From contig NMRA01000579.1 of assembly GCA_002633005.1 (NCBI GenBank), forward strand, positions 1-64,000: a stretch of 64,000 nt of DNA. Reading direction: 5' to 3'. The first letter of the stretch is position 1; the number at the start of each line of letters is the position of its first letter. The DNA is from Phoronis australis. Taxonomy: Eukaryota; Animalia; Phoronida. Made by a program: the position numbers and the translations under genes. Of this stretch, positions 63,564 to 64,000 are shown piece after piece. The notes under the pieces were generated by a model that did not search any database, was not told the origin of the DNA, and saw only the letters and a program-made list of their open reading frames with translations.

Positions 63564-64000
63564 GTGGGTTAATTTTCAAGTTGTTCTTTGCATGCAAGTA
63601 TGATGCGGTGTCCGCAAGGCATAAAAGTGTATGACGTCATGAAATATCCAAAAATGCAACAACAGGGTAGAGTTCAGTAGCTGTCTCGCGTATAGAAAAA
63701 TATATCCAAAATCACGTGTTCTCATTTAAAATACACGGCAATATCTCACGTAATCTCGCCAAGTCTTGCATTAGCGAGGTCCTAGTGTAGATATTAGCGT
63801 TACTCATGAACTCTACCAATTTTTCCCCGAAGGTAGTGTTGGTGGGACATTCCGTTCAAGTATCTCAGTCTAGGCTCTGCGTGTGCCTTGAAACCTGATA
63901 GTGTGCTTACACTCCAACGTTGTTTCGATGGAAATTTGAAATAGTCCTAGTATTGCAGTTTTTAGGAGGGTGATTCTTTCCCTTTCCCAGTGATTAGCTC

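Overview
Intron-rich, AT-rich eukaryotic DNA, most likely from an invertebrate animal; no prokaryotic features are present. From 5' to 3' it holds: (1) an internally deleted Kolobok-type DNA transposon (775-3616; ~150-bp TIRs; TCAA/TTAA flanks) with convergent pseudogene remnants of a THAP-transposase and a KolX (P2X7-ballast/nanor-like Cys-rich) protein; (2) a ~16-finger C2H2 zinc-finger gene on the minus strand with two coding exons; (3) a 5-exon type I membrane protein with two TSP1 repeats; (4) a 4-exon membrane-anchored chitin-deacetylase-like (CE4) protein whose metal-binding and catalytic residues are substituted; (5) an old tandem duplication of a 7-finger C2H2 gene whose DNA-contact residues have diverged; (6) a long type II transmembrane collagen gene (colmedin/MACIT-like) that runs off the window. 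Many MITEs, palindromes and microsatellites lie between these. Two near-identical tandem duplications abut single N characters (2158, 55729) and are probably haplotype or assembly artefacts. Exon boundaries were inferred by eye from GT-AG sites and phase compatibility.
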